A DNA stretch of 6,641 bases. Origin: a virus. Taxonomy: Duplodnaviria > Heunggongvirae > Uroviricota > Caudoviricetes. The stretch is from the IMG/VR virus record IMGVR_UViG_2648501338_000005. One strand, given 5' to 3'. The position numbers were made by a program, and so were the translations under genes. Shown in pieces: positions 5,932 through 6,641 of this stretch. Every line of letters starts with the position of its first letter. Position 1 is the first letter of the stretch. The notes beneath the pieces are model-generated. The model worked only from the letters and a program-made list of their open reading frames with translations, searched no databases and was not told where the DNA came from.

Positions 5932-6542
5932 TCAGTTCCTGTGCTGGCTGACGTTCGGACGCCAGCTCTCCCAGTTAAACGTCACCCAGCGACCTCCGTT
6001 CATGGACATGCGGTCCATCACCCGCTCGCCGAGAAGTGTATTCATCGCTGCATGATTAAGATTTGTCAGCATCCCCACACTGAGTAACGATGCCGTTCTG
6101 CGGTCAACAATCTGATTAAGCGTGACCTGCTCATTACGCGTATCCCGCTGCATGCCAATTTCATCCAGGACCAGCAAATCCACCCCGCAAAGCTCCTGTA
6201 AAAATTTTTCACCTGATTTGCCGTTGTCGTAACTGTCGTGCAACACACTCATGACATCAGACACAGTGATGATAATTACGCTGCGCCCCTTCTCCATCAG
6301 CCGATTGCCTATCGCCGCCGCCAGGTGGTTTTTTCCTGTGCCAGGCCGGCCACTGAACACAAAATTCGTACAGCCGCCTTCCAGCTCTGCCGCAATGGAT
6401 TTCGCCTGACTCAGGGCATGGCGCTGACCAGCGTTCTGCACCCGGTAGTTACAGAACGTACACTTCCGGTGAAGCGGCTGGATACCGGAGCGGTTAATGA
6501 TTTTTTCAACCCGCGTCTGATGATTCAGACGATTAACCTCCT
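5932..6542 (-). pseudogene. dnaC: dnaC-like AAA+ helicase-loader gene, 5' end truncated by IS insertion
   Basis: Translation retains Walker A (SGRPGTGKNHLAAAIG) and Walker B (DLLVLDEIG) and aligns, from memory, with E. coli DnaC from about residue 43 onward (NRSGIQPLH, ITVSDVMS, LNQIVDRR, LGERVMDRM, FNWES). The frame runs uninterrupted into the IS end at 6543 with no plausible start; the first canonical in-frame start (GTG 6441) would lack a further ~30 aa including NRSGI. Confidence 0.8.
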
Positions 6543-6641
6543 TGAACCGCCCCGGGAATCCTGGAGACTAAACTTCCTGAGAAAGAGGTAAACAGGATGA
6601 CTAAAAATACTCGTTTTTCCCCTGAAGTCCGTCAACGGGCA
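6543..6641 (+). mobile_element. left end of an IS3-family insertion sequence (IS629/IS1203-like), continues beyond window
   Basis: Sequence from TGAACCGCCCCGGGAATCCTGGAGAC onward matches my recollection of the IS629-type left inverted repeat. It is followed by an SD and ATG encoding MTKNTRFSPEVRQRA, the OrfA N-terminus of this family. Only one end is visible, so target-site duplication cannot be checked. Confidence 0.75.
6597..6641 (+). CDS. IS3-family transposase OrfA, N-terminal 15 codons (partial)
   Basis: ATG at 6597 preceded by AGAGG; translation MTKNTRFSPEVRQRA; runs off the window edge. Confidence 0.75.
   Translation, partial: MTKNTRFSPEVRQRA

Noticed and set aside
5881-6591. ORFs 5881..6087 (+), 6066..6248 (-) and 6238..6591 (+)
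   Set aside because: They overlap the dnaC-like gene, whose frame is confirmed by Walker A/B motifs, in other frames or strands.
1-6641. CRISPR arrays, tRNA or rRNA genes
   Set aside because: No regularly spaced direct repeats and no stretches with tRNA-like or rRNA-like sequence character were seen. Coding frames or short spacers account for the whole window.

Overview
This window reads as a segment of an enterobacterial lambdoid-type prophage (early-right / nin-like region), transcribed mainly on the minus strand, into which an IS3-family element (IS629/IS1203-like, recognised from memory) has inserted at the right edge (6543 onward). The insertion cuts off the 5' end of a dnaC-like helicase-loader gene. 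Downstream on the minus strand lie a 256-aa winged-helix-like protein, two small hypothetical proteins, two tandem small highly acidic ORFs in an AT-rich patch, and an overlap-coupled cassette of an ead/Ea22-like modular protein, a PD-(D/E)xK nuclease-like protein and a 114-aa protein. A plus-strand ParD/ParE-type toxin-antitoxin pair with its own promoter, palindromic operator and terminator follows. The window ends (low coordinates) with a small ORF coupled to a long Cys/His-rich DUF968-like gene that runs off the left edge and is therefore missing from the supplied ORF track. No rRNA, tRNA or CRISPR array is evident. All family assignments come from reading motifs and from recollection, not from any search. 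The most interesting candidates are the ead/Ea22-nuclease cassette, the two acidic mini-proteins, a 22-bp leader motif repeated in front of two different genes, and the TA operator sitting inside a divergent promoter.
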